NCBI GenBank assembly: GCA_976226885.1
Contig: OZ320315.1
Coordinates: 41,044,001-41,108,000 of the forward strand
Reading direction: 5' to 3'
DNA: 64,000 bases
From: Iphione sp. A-MEVVRFRX5
Lineage: Eukaryota
The notes beneath the pieces are model-generated. The model was given only the letters and a program-made list of their open reading frames with translations, ran no database searches and was not told the DNA's origin. This document shows positions 1-14,042 of this stretch, one piece after another (within the stretch, counting starts at the first letter, position 1; each line of letters begins with the position of its first letter). Position numbers and translations under genes: made by a program.

Positions 1-257
1 GAAGCAACAACGTGCAGTGAGGAGGCAAGGGCGGGCAGGATGTATGGAATATACGCCAGTCCCAACGCCACTCTTACGGTGGGGAGCCCCAGCAAGGACT
101 CCAGCCTGGAGTATTGGATGGCTAATGGCCAGCATCACCAGCACCAAGGCCAACACCAGCAGCCGCAGCAGCAGCAGCAACTGAAGCAGCACCAGCACCA
201 GCCCTCAGCCAAGGAGGTCATCTATGCCCAAGGCCATTACTCGCCCGTCTCCATGGT
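1..257 (+). CDS. Partial coding exon (Gln/His-rich, Tyr motifs): either an alternative 5' exon of ena (phase-2 donor at 258) or the last exon of an upstream gene (stop TAA at 259-261)
   Basis: Frame open from base 1: EATTCSEEARAGRMYGIYASPNATLTVGSPSKDSSLEYWMANGQHHQHQGQHQQPQQQQQLKQHQHQPSAKEVIYAQGHYSPVSMV. Mixed CAG/CAA/CAC codons suggest real coding sequence. GTAAGT starts at 258 after ATG GT (phase 2), matching the phase of the ena EVH1 acceptor. An AATAAA at 731-736 keeps the terminal-exon reading possible. Confidence 0.6.
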
Positions 258-3200
258 GTAAGTAGAGGGGAGATTTGCAAAGGGCTGGGAGAGGGCGGGA
301 TTGATATGAGAGTGCCCAAGAGCACTCCAAGTAAGTTCTTGTTTATGTCAGCTAGATGAGGAAGTTCTCCGGCTTTTTGTCACATTAAGTGATTTCCCAC
401 ATGACGGCGTTCAAATACTACTAGCTTGTGCGCTTTTGTATATATTAAAGGTCGCATTCTTAGGTAAAAGTTGGACAGTTACGCTTTAAAAAAAAATGGT
501 GATATATAGCAGTTGAATTTGAGATGCCTCAAGCTGTGTAACTACCAGATTCATTTGGTAGTGCCATGCAAGAAACAGATTATAATGCCTAAGAAAGACT
601 GTACTAGTCCGCCGTGTAGCCAGATCCAGCCATTCTCGGCAACTTTCCTACGAGGACTCCACCATGGAGGCTGAATCGGTATCTTGTTTTAAGCTCAACT
701 TATTTCAGTCGATTCTTAGGATAGCTGTGTAATAAACTTATGGATCTGGGCTTTAACACTTTCATAAGCAAGGCATGCCTAGCATGTGCGCTTTTGCCCT
801 GTTAGAAGGCTTTTAGTAAAGCCGATTCAGTCGATAGAAGCTCGGTAATTCAGACTTGGCTGACTTCTCCTCGATTAAGCGCGATCAAAGGGAAGGGTTT
901 TTAGGTAGTAGACCTGTAACCAAAAAAGATTAAGTGCATGTGATGATAACAATCGCTTGCCTTATTGAAGGCGAATCAAAACAGATGCTACGCAGACCTG
1001 AGTTTCCGTAACAAAACAACTGTTTCCTTTTAGCTTGCCAACTTGCAAACACGTCAAGACCCAGCCAGCACACTACAAGGATGCTGCTGCTGTTTCGATC
1101 TGTGTCGGGGCTTCCCACATCTCCGACTGCGTGGGCCCTGCTTTGTCCCGCTACATGTATATCTCCATTTACATATGCATGTATACAACTGGCCGAATCT
1201 TTTCACCTCTGTGTGTATCTGTTCGGTCCCGCATCCAGTCTCATAAAAGGCCGTCGCTGATGTAGATGCCTTGATATGGTGGTGCCTTGGGCGGTGGGGG
1301 GGGGGGCAGAATAGGGTGAGGACAGACCTGCTGAGGCAGTGTGTCACGGTACGACTCTTTGTTACGGTTACGGCGGGGTTGGGTGTTGGAGGGGGGATGC
1401 TGGCGGGGGTGGGGGTTAGAGTGTCAAGAGAAGCTCGATGGACGACTTGCCAGCTCGGCGTCTGCACTCTGTCCACGTGACCTGTCGTCTGGCGCGCCCT
1501 CTGCCGGTCGTTCGTCTTCACGTCAAGGACGAAGGACGCCAATAGGCAGAGTATGGAAGGCGGGCCATGCCCCAGCCGTCTGTCACCTCCCGGTCCATGA
1601 CCCAACTATGGCCCAGCCATCTTGATACCTCCCTTTAGTCATGCACTGGCCATCCGTCATCTATGTAAACCAGTCATCCTTATGCCTTCTAAGCGTTTGC
1701 CGCGGCTGTCTATTATGCACATACTCCAGCCGTTTTATACGTCCCGAACCATATCCAAAGCATTCGTTTTACTTGCCTACCCTAGCTTCTCGCCTTGCTC
1801 CGGTGATGCTAAGGCGAATCTTTCGTGTGTCCAGTTGAATGTTGTTTGTTCAACACGTATTGATTCTTTACATCTACTGAGTGCACATGAAATTAGATAG
1901 GAAATTCATGTGAGATGTATCCGTTTTTCTCTCAAAACGGACAAGGATGGATTTTTTTTAAACAGCGGTTGGCCCCAGTTTTTATCCGTATCAACGTAAG
2001 ACCGGGTAAACAGACTACCCCTGAGGTACACTTCCACCCAAGCCATGCCGGAGCCATCTGTGACCTTCCTGGCAAATAGCTCGCTGGATCCTTGTTATCT
2101 GTCCCCACCCCAGCCATGTCATGACTATCCGTTAATACCCTAGCCATACCTCTTACACTTATTACCTCCTGAGCCTTCTTCCGCCTGTCCTCTGACCATT
2201 CTGTTGCCACAAAGCTCATTATATCCGTCACACTATGCAATGACGACCTGTTGCCTGCTAGCCATATCGCAGCTCTTAATTACATCTACCTCCTTCGTCC
2301 TTTCTTAGTTATCTGCTGTAAGCCCTCGATATGCCTTCACCATCCGGTACCTCCTTGGCCATGCCCTTGACCTATCCTACGAGCCCACTTCCCTTCTTAC
2401 CCTCTGATCATGTCACATGTACTTATAACTGCCACGGGCATCGAATTGCTAGAAGCACTGGATAGAGCCCGACATAAGCTTCTTTCTCAGGTGGAAAGTT
2501 GACATGACAGAAAGACAGTTGAAAACGATATATTAAGATCTCATTTAAAAGATCTTCACTTGAAATGAATTATACCGCTGTCAACGCAATTTTTGATAAG
2601 GAAGTAGTATTTTGGAAGGCATCAACTGTGTCCATAGAGGTATACTTATATTTCGTATTGAACCAGAGCGAGGGAGCGCAATTGGTTGCAACTAAATTGT
2701 CGGGCATGTCTCTCTCTGGCTTTGAGAAATTATTATTAGTTCAGGTCTTTGGCTGGACATTAAATTCGAATCCTAAATAAAAATCGGTAGTCTTCTGCCA
2801 GGAAAAACTAAAATAAATAAGCTGACCACGAAGGAAAGACGACAAGTGCGGGGAGGATGCAGTAACCGGATTGGGCGGGCTGCAGGCCGGTATTAGTGGA
2901 TGGCAGAGAGGACATTACACAGGGCCGTCCCCCTCAGCCTCCCTGTTTGACGGTTTAATCCCGTACAGTGGGTAATGGTGGGAGAGCCGTCCATGGAGCG
3001 GGCTGGCCCTGCAGATGGCGGGACTCGACCACCGACATAATGCTCGAGATAAGATTGCGGGCCGGAGCACCCCGTCCCTTCCGTCTTCATTCCGTGTCTT
3101 CTAAGTTGATTCTTTCTGCGGAATGTGTTTTCCACGCAATCGCCAAACTCCCATAAGCTCCATTCCGGTCGTCATATTACATTCCAGCGAAGAGCCACAA

Positions 3201-6200
3201 TGGATGTTTTTTTTCTCTCCACCTATGCAGGAGTGTAAATGTGAAGCCGTGACATGGTAGAGGGTGATAAGTAGATCACATGTCGGTACAGGGTAGTGAT
3301 CTGGAGGAGATGGAGGAGTCTCTCATGTGATACATACACACGAGCATGTTTTCATATGCTGATCATGTTGTTGGCTGTTTATAACAGGCAACGCCANNNN
3401 NNNNNNNNNNNNNNNNNNNNNNNNNNNNNNNNNNNNNNNNNNNNNNNNNNNNNNNNNNNNNNNNNNNNNNNNNNNNNNNNNNNNNNNNNNNNNNNNNNNN
3501 NNNNNNNNNNNNNNNNNNNNNNNNNTACACTACCTATATAAAATGTTGCCCAAAAGTAGTCCGGCCATGGGGGCTGCCATGTCATTCTGATGTGATTATA
3601 CCAAAATACATTATTTTTGTTAGTACTTCATGCATAATGATATTGTAGGACAAAAGAAGGATGATTATTCATCTATTGTGTATGTAAAATGTTTAAATTA
3701 CTAAAAACCATATGACATATGTGGCTCTACTTTCTACACAAAGTGGTGTATTCCTACCCCTCTGTTCAGTCAAGCAGAACCAAGGGTTGTAAACTTGGAA
3801 GAGGGGTCAAAGTACAAGGTACTATTTTGCAACCCTCCCTCCCCACCTCTCTTTCTCCCTCTCTCTTGCCAAAGGCGCTTGTATATATATACAATGTATG
3901 TGTGTGTGCGTGTATGTAAAGCGATGCCAATAATCCATTTTATCATATAGGGGCCGTCTATCAAGAGCGGTTCTTTATGGAACCACGAGATTTTCAGCTT
4001 CTGATTACGTTTACAGGGGTGGTAAGACCCGTCAGCTCCCGTCAGCTGTGGCAGCGAATATTTGTCATGCGGAATAAACCAGTGCTTTTTTTGTATACAG
4101 ATGTCCTGTATAATCTCAGATTATTACAAACTACTTTCGATGAAGAGCGGCGACGTAACGGCGCTGCAAAAGAAGTAATCACTATTTTGATAGAAGAAAA
4201 GTAAATTGCACCGTTAAATGGAAGATTGGAACGCCCGTAGTCAGGATACCGATGACAGGTAACAACTAGTAGGGTTTCAGACTCAACGCTGCCTTCCTGT
4301 TTCTGTATTATTAGACCTTCAGTGCTCAGGAGAAGTATTTACCGAGAGGGGAATTGAGAATGCGTTCACTGTTAAATATCTTAAAAAAAAATATTAACCC
4401 GCCAAGGTGCACGATCTTTAGCTCACACGAAGATGACCTTTCTGAGATGTTATAATGAGCCGTGCACCCTGTTCATATTCACGGTACTTTAAGGTGAGCT
4501 CTCGTTTTACCCGTCCTAGACCGGAAAAAATCTCAGCCAAGAAAAAGAAACAACTCCACCTCCAGTAAAGAAGGTGGAGTAACTTTGGCGAAACACCAAA
4601 AAAGAAGTGTGCATTTTTCCTGGTTTTCGCCCGTTCGTACGTCACGAACGGGGAAGGTCGACCTTCCGGAGACATATCTGGTATAGATACACACGGTGGG
4701 ATACAAAGGGAAATCACGGCTGATATGAATTTCCTCCGACATCAACGCTGTACATCAGCAGCTCCGAAACAATGACAGCACTTGACAATAAGCAGCCAGA
4801 TTAGAAAAGTCAAAGGGTTATCTTTGACAGAGAAATGCCGCTCGCCTCTTACTGTCGTTTTGGTCCTGTCTCCCTCTTATTTCATGCAAGTCAACCCGGT
4901 CTGTTGATATCTGCAGGGCAACAGCGAGATTCACCCGGTTTTTCATCGATCGAAAAAAAATGTGAGAGTCGAGGGTAATAGGGTGTTTTTTCCCGTGTTT
5001 ACTATTCAGTGATAGCTTTTAGTGACTGTAATTTGTTTCCGCCCTCCTGGGGCTCCTGCTGTCAACTCGGCCGAATCAGAAAGACCTGCTGGACTCCCAA
5101 AATGTCTTCCCACAAGGACTGGGCGTCTGGTCCGGACAGATCGTCACTCAGAGTGGCGGTGCTAAGGTGCCGGTCACATGACGCAAAGGCCAGGGAGCTG
5201 GTATAATCGGCCTCGTCACTCGAGCGGGGTTACAAAACACTCGCAGGAATGGATGATTCTCGGGAGCAGGCGAAGAAAAATCGCGGCTTTATTCATTGTT
5301 TCGACATAGGACAGAGACGCGGCCGCCCCTGCACTGGGACATAGCTCGCTCTCTCTCTCTCTTCACACAATGCCCTCCAGCTTCCCGTACTACTCGTAAA
5401 CGTCTGGTTCGAAGTGGCCGCGAAGTCGTGTGCGATATATAAAATGTTAACCACCGCAGTACAATGTGTAGAATCGGATTTGAGGCCTGTTTTTCAATGT
5501 GTTCCTGAGTTAGCCTTAGTGTATCTAGCTGTCATTCTACGTAGATCCCCTTACTTACATCTCATTAACAGTGAATTAATTGAATACCCCCAAAAGGCAC
5601 GGCCTCGATGTCAGCAGCACAAATGTGCACCAGGCAGGGTCTCAAGGGGAGCTTGTTATAGCCCACCTGCAAAACTTGACGATGAGTGGTGGGAAATTTT
5701 ACCTGACCGCCTCACTCCCTCGCCCTGGGTGATCCTACGGGTAACACCCACGGGCAACGCATACAAGGTGCATGACATTGTGTAACCTTCATTAAGTACC
5801 TGTCAGAGAGTGTCCCACAGCCACTTTGTCAAAACAGTTCTGGTTTTTTTTTCACTACTGCGGGTCCTTGTGCAGCTACCTTTCCGTTGGATCTTTTACT
5901 GCTATAGGACAGAGCTCTCGAGAGCATCTATATACCAACACACCAGCAGTCTGTACCCACGTTTCTTATTAGTATCTGAACATAACAGCCTAAAACACAT
6001 CCACCTACCCAAAACAAGGTTCAATATTACCTGTCACGTTGTCGTGTCTTTAATGTGTAGGGGTAGACATTGAAAGCATGTGTCATAGGTAGCCTATATA
6101 ACAAAAACTAGACTTGTCGTCAGGCTAAACACAAACAAGACTTCGGGAGAGGTCGTACGAAGGTACATTTACATGTACAAATGTACATCTGTAGCATATA

Positions 6201-9200
6201 CTCTGTTTGTATCATTCAATATTCAAGATCTTTATTCACTTCTCAGTTTCATTCATTTGTGTATGTGATATAGTCTATGTGTGTGTATGTGTGTGTGCGT
6301 ATTTGCCTATGGGTTTGTATGCAACCGCCGGCACTCTAGATGAGTGACAAGTGATGATGACATGGTAGGACTGCTGACCAGTGTCATAATGACAGGAAGG
6401 TCTAATAATAAGATCGGCAGGATGCAGAGCGGTGCGGGCCATGACGTCGGCGCAATGAACCGGCAGCCCAGTTCCCGCCGATCAGCCTACGACCCCCCCC
6501 CCCCCCATGCCTTATTACACCCCCCCACGGCCCCACCTCCCACGCCGTGTGGGCCACCCTTGTGTCGTGACCTTCATGTCCCATGCACAAATTAGCGCCC
6601 GTTTCAGGAGTACTTTGTGTCCGGAGGGGTGGTCCACTCCTGCGGGTCCTGTCAGAGGCAGCTCTAGCAGGTTACAGTGGATGTCAACAGAGGCAGGTGT
6701 AAGGGGCGTGAGGGAGTGGGGGTCAGGTAAATGGGCAGCTTTGGTACGTCGTCTCTCTGCGGCGTGCGGCTAGCAATGGTCTTGTTGTGCAGTCTCTTAG
6801 CTTGAGAACCTCGGCCACACATCAGGCTCTGGATCCCTAGCTCGACTCCCCCACCCCCCGCGCGTCCAACCCTCTTCATCCCTCCGCTTCCACCTTGCCC
6901 TCCTCACTGCCCCCAGGCCGGGCCCCGAGCCGCTCTCCCTGCCCCGACCACGCCTCCTCTCTCCAGCTGGGCATCGTGAGCAGCTCAGGTTGTGACAGAC
7001 CTCCTGGCGTCGAGCAGTTAACACTAGGGGGCGTTTCTCGCGCTACACGGGCTTCCACTTTACCCTTTACATTTAAGTGGCACACATATAGCGGTGTTTG
7101 TGGCTGGCGGGGTCGGATCGGGAAGCCAGAACCGAGAGAAAGTCTTAAAAACGGTAGCTTGAAGACAGCTGCTTGAAGCGTGAGGTCTAGCTGGACAACT
7201 TCTTCGTGGAAAAACAAATGGAGTAGAGATATAGTGAGATCACCCTGGGAAAATTGTTGGGAAATGTATGTGCATATGTATTTAGTGTACTGTAATTTGA
7301 ATGATTTAGATTTCATTTCATTTCATTGTATCTTTACCAGGAACTAGATATTCCCTATCACATAACAGGGGTCTTCCATATCCTCCTGGGGTAGCATACT
7401 ACCATCTATTGTTGAGAATTGAGAGACCAGAATACCCGGGGTTGCCCCCTACTCTTATTCTGAATAGGTTTCTGGGGGTCTTTTTGTGCATAGGGGATAG
7501 AATCCTATACACCCATGTTATTGTACAAATGTATTTGAATAGAAAAGGCTCAGGAATGAACGTACATTTGTATTAATATAAATAATATTCTTTATCGTAT
7601 TATTCACACAAATTAATGACTGGCAAAGGAATAAATATACGGGGGATTCTTCTTACGTTTAACGCATGGACATAACGATATCTAAAGGACTTCCACAGCT
7701 ATCATTCCATTTTCTCTCCTCATCTCTGAATAGGATGGGGGAGTCAGGTTTGAGCAAGGTCAGACAGGTGGGTAATAGTAACAGCGAGACACTTTATCTC
7801 CTGGGACATATCATCATAGTCCCATCAATATTTCGGGAGTGGTCATACTAGGTAGCCTTTTTTAAAAAAAAGAATTAGAAGTACTTTAATTCATTTTGAA
7901 GTGGCCTTATTGGGGGAGAGTGGTCTTAGTGGTCTGCTGTGTAGAGAAGTTTTACTGTACAGAGCAAGTGTGGAAAGAGAGGTAGAGGAAACGATTATGG
8001 AGAGCAACAGTTCGCAGTATTTAATTTTGATAATTTACTCGTTATTTGGTGCATTCTGTAATGTGGCCAAACCAGTTGTTGACATTTTTTCCTTTTTTTA
8101 AAGACTAAATTGTCCGATCAACACTCGTCTGAGAGCATGCGGAAAAATACCATTGTTTTATATGGTACTATACTATCCAAGGAGGATATGGAGGAACACC
8201 TTCTTTTTAGATATCGAGTTTCTGGTTAAAGATACAGTGAAAAAAGTCTTAAAAGGTAATTGCTCCCTTTCTGTAAATACATATGGGAACATTGAATATA
8301 CAGGGTAAGTTGTGCTTTTAAAAAAAAAGTGGTCTTAATTAGGTAGTCTTTAAGTCAAGGTTGTGATAAGCTACATCTATCAGTGTGAAACAAATATCGG
8401 AAACGAACAGGCTAATTCGACATTTTAAAGTATATACACGGATAGCGCTTCAGCCTTGGTTGTATTGTAATTAGTGAATTTAGTAACAGGTACACTTATC
8501 CAGGCACTAACAACTGGGTCACAAAGTTGTATGTATTAGTCAGTTAAGAATTTTAAAAAAAGACATTGTCATTTATTTCGGTTTATTCCATGAGGTTGAT
8601 AGTGTTACAGGAAGCAGGAAACTGTAAGCTCCATTGCAACAAGTGCTGCCGGGAATAAAATAGGTCGTAGCCATGATAGGTTACAATGAGAAAAAACTGC
8701 GTGTTATTTGCATCATTTTCTGCACCTGGTCTCAGTGATGAATAGCTCAAGGGGGTGTATTTTGTGGACTGCTGGCTAACAATTTGACGTTGATGCGGTC
8801 AAAAAAAAGTCTGACATTACCGTTAGCATGTTGACAGACGTTGTCATAATGGATTACCCACAGGAAATATGGTACTGTCAACACTGTCATGACAGCAGCA
8901 GGGTCCCTTGAGCCATGCTGCAACTTTATCGGTTTGACATTCAGCTGAGCAAACTAAAGTCAACTGTCGTCAGTGCAGTCACATACGTTATACGAATTAC
9001 CTACCGGGGAGGGAGTGGTATTTTTTTTTAACGAGGCGAGGAACGATTTCGTGTGCGTTGTACCTTTTATGATCCAGCATGGCCAGTCTTGCTTGAGTAA
9101 ACTTTCGTAGAGGATAACATTATTCTTGCTGCCAGGACATTTGTTTTAAAGGCCAGCTATGTGCATGCCCCAGGCAGTCTATGATTACCAATTGGTTTTG

Positions 9201-12200
9201 ATGTTAAATAATCTGGCAATTTTTTGGCGATAATTAAATGTTTTCCCTTTGTGTCATTAACTTAGTCAACATTGCAGTGTTCACTAACTTATGTGTGTAG
9301 CCCCGTTATGATAAAGTTTTCGTTTTCGTCTTTATATCAGGAGTCAAAATATTGTTGTCTCATCCAGTCTTAGTCTTAATTCACTCACTGAAATGTAAAG
9401 TAATTTATTTTACCCCAGTTGCAAATACATGTACGTTTACATGTACATGCAGATCGCCTTCGCTACTGATTTTCTTTTCCTTTATATGTGCATGTAGTAA
9501 CAAACGCACCGAGAAATATATAAAAAAAAAGTTATTCGCAACATTACATATACATGTACATGTAGGGAATAATGTGCATTTGAGCAGTTAAAAGTGATTT
9601 TTTGCCCCTTTCTTTCTGAACTTTAGGGATACCAGGTGTTTGACGTTATTGCCAACATTACGTAGAGGAATATGGCGAGTGTCTGTGATATAACGGAAAG
9701 GCATTTCCCTGATTACCCAACTCCACTTCCCCAGCCCCTAACCACCGTCCCAAATCATGGCGTGCTCCATCGACCAATTGTATGTCCGGTTTGTAAATGT
9801 CTGATAATGCTGCCTTGACTCACACATCCTTTGCACTGACTGTCCTACTGTGTATAGGCCCGCCAAGGCAAGGAAATCTGTTTCAGCTAGGTCAACTAGC
9901 CGACGGCGTTCACTTGTGATACAGGAAAGTTTACTTTGACATTCATGCCCTCAAGTTTGGTCACGCACGCTCTCCGTATTACCTCATCTAGTCATCTTGC
10001 AATAAGTTAACGCCATAGGCACGGTCTGCTGTTGCCTTGGAATGGCTCTATACACGTTCTCCTCCGTTCGTCCAGATGCCAAAAGTTCGCCACTAACGTT
10101 CAAGTGATCCATGTTTACCGTTCAAGTGTAGCATTATATGTATGTATAATGTATGTAGAATATAATATATGGGTGCCTGTGTCTGAATTGGGAGTTTCCC
10201 ATGCTCCTCAAAGCCCATTCTGGTATAACCCTACCCCCTCTTCCTATTCCCCCCCCCCCCCGCGTCCGACCATCCACCCACAGAGACTCCCGCTTCAAAG
10301 CATTGGGAAATGGTAATGTGAGAATTTCCCACTAGGTGCGCTCCTGTTCACTGAGCATGTCAAAGTTCACGACCCCTCTCATCAGGCAGCGGCATGTACA
10401 GTCTGAGTTCACGTCATGTCTGTTATAGTTACCGGTATATTTTCGATGTATGAAGGACTGGCCCGGCCAGTTCTCACAACTCGCCCCCTTCCCCTTTACT
10501 CGTCACATCACCGGCTAGCGCCAGCTAAACCCAATGTAAATAACAACGCCTTCTGCTTATACATACCCTTGCGTCGTTTCAAGAAATTATCCTACAGTTT
10601 GGACCGGACATCGTACAGAAAGTATCATTCTTCATTTTCTTGCCTAGCCAGAAAACGTCCCCGCGCTCCCTCCTGTGCCTCTCCCCCGGAGTTCTCCTGC
10701 AGGCGCCCGGCCCATGGGCCACATCCATCAGACTAATGTGTGCTGGGTCCGTCGGCAGCGGTCTCTTGGCGTTCTCCTCCAGACCGTGTCGTATGAAGCC
10801 ATGTCACGCTGACCAGGCAGAATCCCGTACGGCCCTAAATAAATAACGACCACATTTTATGTCCACACCACCTGAACGCATGGGTCAGTGGCGACGTCTT
10901 TGTGGGTTTGTGTATGTGTGAGTGTATGTGTTTGTGTGTGTATTTGTGTATGGTACTTAGTACGTGTAGAGGAAGGACGTTCAAAAGACTGGAGGCGGTC
11001 CCCCCCGGGGTGGTGGTCATTGTTACCTCTGGGTGAACATGTACAGGTCACGGTGCTGTAGTTGGAGACAAAAGGAACTTGTCTTACTTCCACCGTGATG
11101 ACCTCTGTGTTTCCTCGAGGGTAGTCGCGAAAGCGGATCCTTCCTACCTTCTTTGTAACCAACTCAGGATAGAGGTGGGTGTTTCGAGGATCACTGTGGA
11201 GGCGGGATATGTGTGGGGTAGAAGTCTATTTATAGGACAAACAGGCTTCAAACCCATGGTCTAAGGCGAATGAGGCTAGTGCCGATAATTGGCATCAGGG
11301 GGCAGCACGGGTGGAGGAAATTCAAGGTGGAAAATCGGTCAGGGGTAGGCCGGGTTACGACTGTCGAGGATTGATTGAGCTACTAACACGAGTGCACACA
11401 CACTCCAGAGCTCTGCATTCATACACAGACGAACATGTATACATACGTACCCACATGGACATTTATACAGAAGCATCATCCACATAATTGCACATAACCA
11501 CGCCTGGATACCTCAGTCGGTGTAATCATCCAACACATGATGTACCCTGGCTGTGTTTAGTTAAATAGGCAGCGGGGGGATCCCGTAGGCATCTGTCTCG
11601 GTGATGTAGACCTACATCACAAAGGGCGCTCGTTTGTCTTAGGTCGGAGCTTCCTGACAAGCGCTACGACCATCTGACACCCCTGGCGCTGGACGTCATC
11701 ACTTCTGGACGGAATGTTCACACGAGCCATTTGACCCGTCCCACTGCTTAATGCCAAGTCCACGCTGTGTGTGGCCTCGTTTTACTTGTGTTTGAATTTC
11801 ATCAGTTGAATCTGGCTTTGCGTTATGCGTACATTTAAAAATGAAAGTACCAAAACATAGGCTCTTTGGAGAGTTGGCTGGGTTTCTCTTTTGGAATTTA
11901 AAATGAAATGATGCTGAAATACCTTTCTCGTCCAGTACATGTACATGTAATAGGTGCCATGTGATAAGACAATATCAATCTATTGAAACAGTGCTAACTC
12001 TTCTATACACACGTGCTGCAGAAAGTAGGAGCTTATCTGATGGATACATTACATGCATATTCCTTCCAGTTGGGCAGCTGGTTGATGTATTTGTAGAAAC
12101 TTGAAATAAGTGGTAATGTCTACAGATGATAACAGGCAAGGCCAACTCCCTGTGCCGTGGAAGTCCCTTAAATTTCATACCGTCCAGTTTTAAAACAAGT

Positions 12201-12748
12201 GCAAGGAGATGGTGGTGGCTACCAGCTAGTAACTTGAGACCCTCTTGGCTGCTCAAATGAGTGCATATTGACCAGATAATTGACTCAATGGCTGGGAGTC
12301 CATTTGTGGAGCTGTCCGGACAAACAGTCAGCTCCGCCGGGAAACGTGTTCCCCACTCATCGGTCACTTTGCCCTCAAGAACACATGCTCCCTCACCTAA
12401 CCTTTGACCCCGCCGATCTGCTCAGGAATACGACGATCTGAGGGAGGCCCCTCCTCCACACGCGGAGAGCTGCTCTAAGGTAACATGAGCTCGTCGAGAG
12501 GCCTCCACAGCAGCACGCCAGAGGGCGGCCAAGTAGCTCCGATCGTCTCGTCCGCAGAGTGTTTGGCTACGGTTGAAGGGATGCCCNNNNNNNNNNNNNN
12601 NNNNNNNNNNNNNNNNNNNNNNNNNNNNNNNNNNNNNNNNNNNNNNNNNNNNNNNNNNNNNNNNNNNNNNNNNNNNNNNNNNNNNNNNNNNNNNNNNNNN
12701 NNNNNNNNNNNNNNNNNNNNNNNNNNNNNNNNNNNNNNNNNNNNNNNN

Positions 12749-12806
12749 ACTTTCTCTCTCCCTCCCGCCTCCACTGTCTCTTCTCTCTCTTTCTCACTCT
12801 CTCACC

Positions 12807-12880
<74 letters not shown>
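12749..12880. repeat. Compound (CT)n/(CTGT)n microsatellite
   Basis: Seen directly; adjacent to an assembly gap. Confidence 0.95.
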
Positions 12881-12883
<3 letters not shown>

Positions 12884-13958
12884 GTTTGAGTACCTAATCA
12901 AAGACGCTGAGCCTGCCACCATAGGGCACCTGTCTTGATTGTCCAGACAGCCATAGTGGACTTCCGTTGTTCTGACTATGCCCGTAATAACATCTTCAGA
13001 GACTGACTAATGTTTGCACTAGTCTTGTGCCGACTAATTATATCCTTCTCCTACTCATGTAGCACGATGCATTAAGAGCAGCTGGAGACCGCCGCGGGGG
13101 GGGGGGGTGAGGGGGGAGGGGATGCAGCGGGCTTCCGCGTCTGTGACACGAGAAGGCGGTCAGTCCGATACGTATTAATGCAATTTGTGTCGTAACTGTT
13201 ACACGGGGGGAAGCTCGTCGTCATCATACTTTGTGTGCCAATTCGGGGAACATAAATGTCAGATCCATATCATATAGCGTGTAGGGTAAGCACGGGTGCA
13301 CTAAAACAGCCGCTGTAATGGTATTACTGTGACGGGGGCCTTTGTGAATTGTAGATTCATATCCATCATGTCAGCGTGCCATTATGGTAACGCGTTCACG
13401 AAAGATGAGACCCTCCTTCCATATTGAGCGAGGTGGTGATGGTGAAGAGGTTGGTGTATTTCCCCCAAATATGACATACTCCTCTTAGGTAATAGTTATC
13501 AATTAGGAGAAATACGGCCGGGGGGGGCGGGGGGCATTTTAGTCACCAATGCCGCGATCCTGGCCATATCTCTGCGCTATCTAGAGGTCAACCCCCCCCC
13601 CCGTTGGTACCCCGCCTTAGTGGTACGCCAGGTATCTCTAGGAAAATTCGACACTGCTGTACTCAAACTGCATCTCTAACAGGACACAGGGCATCCTCTT
13701 GACCCATTCTTGACCTCGCGACTCCAGTGGCCAGGAGTGGAGACTGAACTCTGCCAGGTGGCCAGCAGGTGACCAGAGCGAGGCTGACTGGGAGCCGTGA
13801 CATGCCCTACCTGTCTTCAACGCCCCCTTTTGCAAGAAATGTGAGTTATCGGGTAATGAACCTGGCGGAAGGGGAGGGCAAATCAGGGACCTTCCCCTGC
13901 AGACCACAACTACTTGTTGGTGTTCCTTCTCGTTGCCTCACTTTTGCTCGCTCGCCCG

Positions 13959-14042
13959 CTCACTCACTCACTCACTCACTCACTCACTCACTCACTCACT
14001 CACTCACTCACTCACTCACTCACTCACTCACTCACTCACTCT
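13959..14042. repeat. (CTCA)n tetranucleotide microsatellite
   Basis: About 20 perfect CTCA units. Confidence 0.95.

Noticed and set aside
444-601. Possible TTAA-target MITE (ttaa-AGGTCGCATTCTTAGG ... CCTAAGAA)
   Set aside because: Only 8 bp of the inverted repeat match and there is no right-hand TSD.
6686-6731. ATG-started segment with donor CAG|GTAAAT in the 6.6-7.0-kb GC island
   Set aside because: Phase 1, so incompatible with the ena EVH1 acceptor, and no other partner exon is visible.
7420-7500. cccctactcttattctgaatagg...gggggtctttttgtgc, reminiscent of widespread invertebrate SINE central domains
   Set aside because: Resemblance from memory only; no tRNA-like A/B boxes or element ends visible. 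Needs a Dfam/Repbase search.
11975-12367. 130-aa minus-strand ORF
   Set aside because: No recognisable motif, transposase or RT signature, and no supporting splice structure.
12521-12536. Exact 16-bp repeat GAGGGCGGCCAAGTAG, also at 35122-35137
   Set aside because: About 0.5 such matches are expected by chance in 64 kb, and the flanks do not extend.
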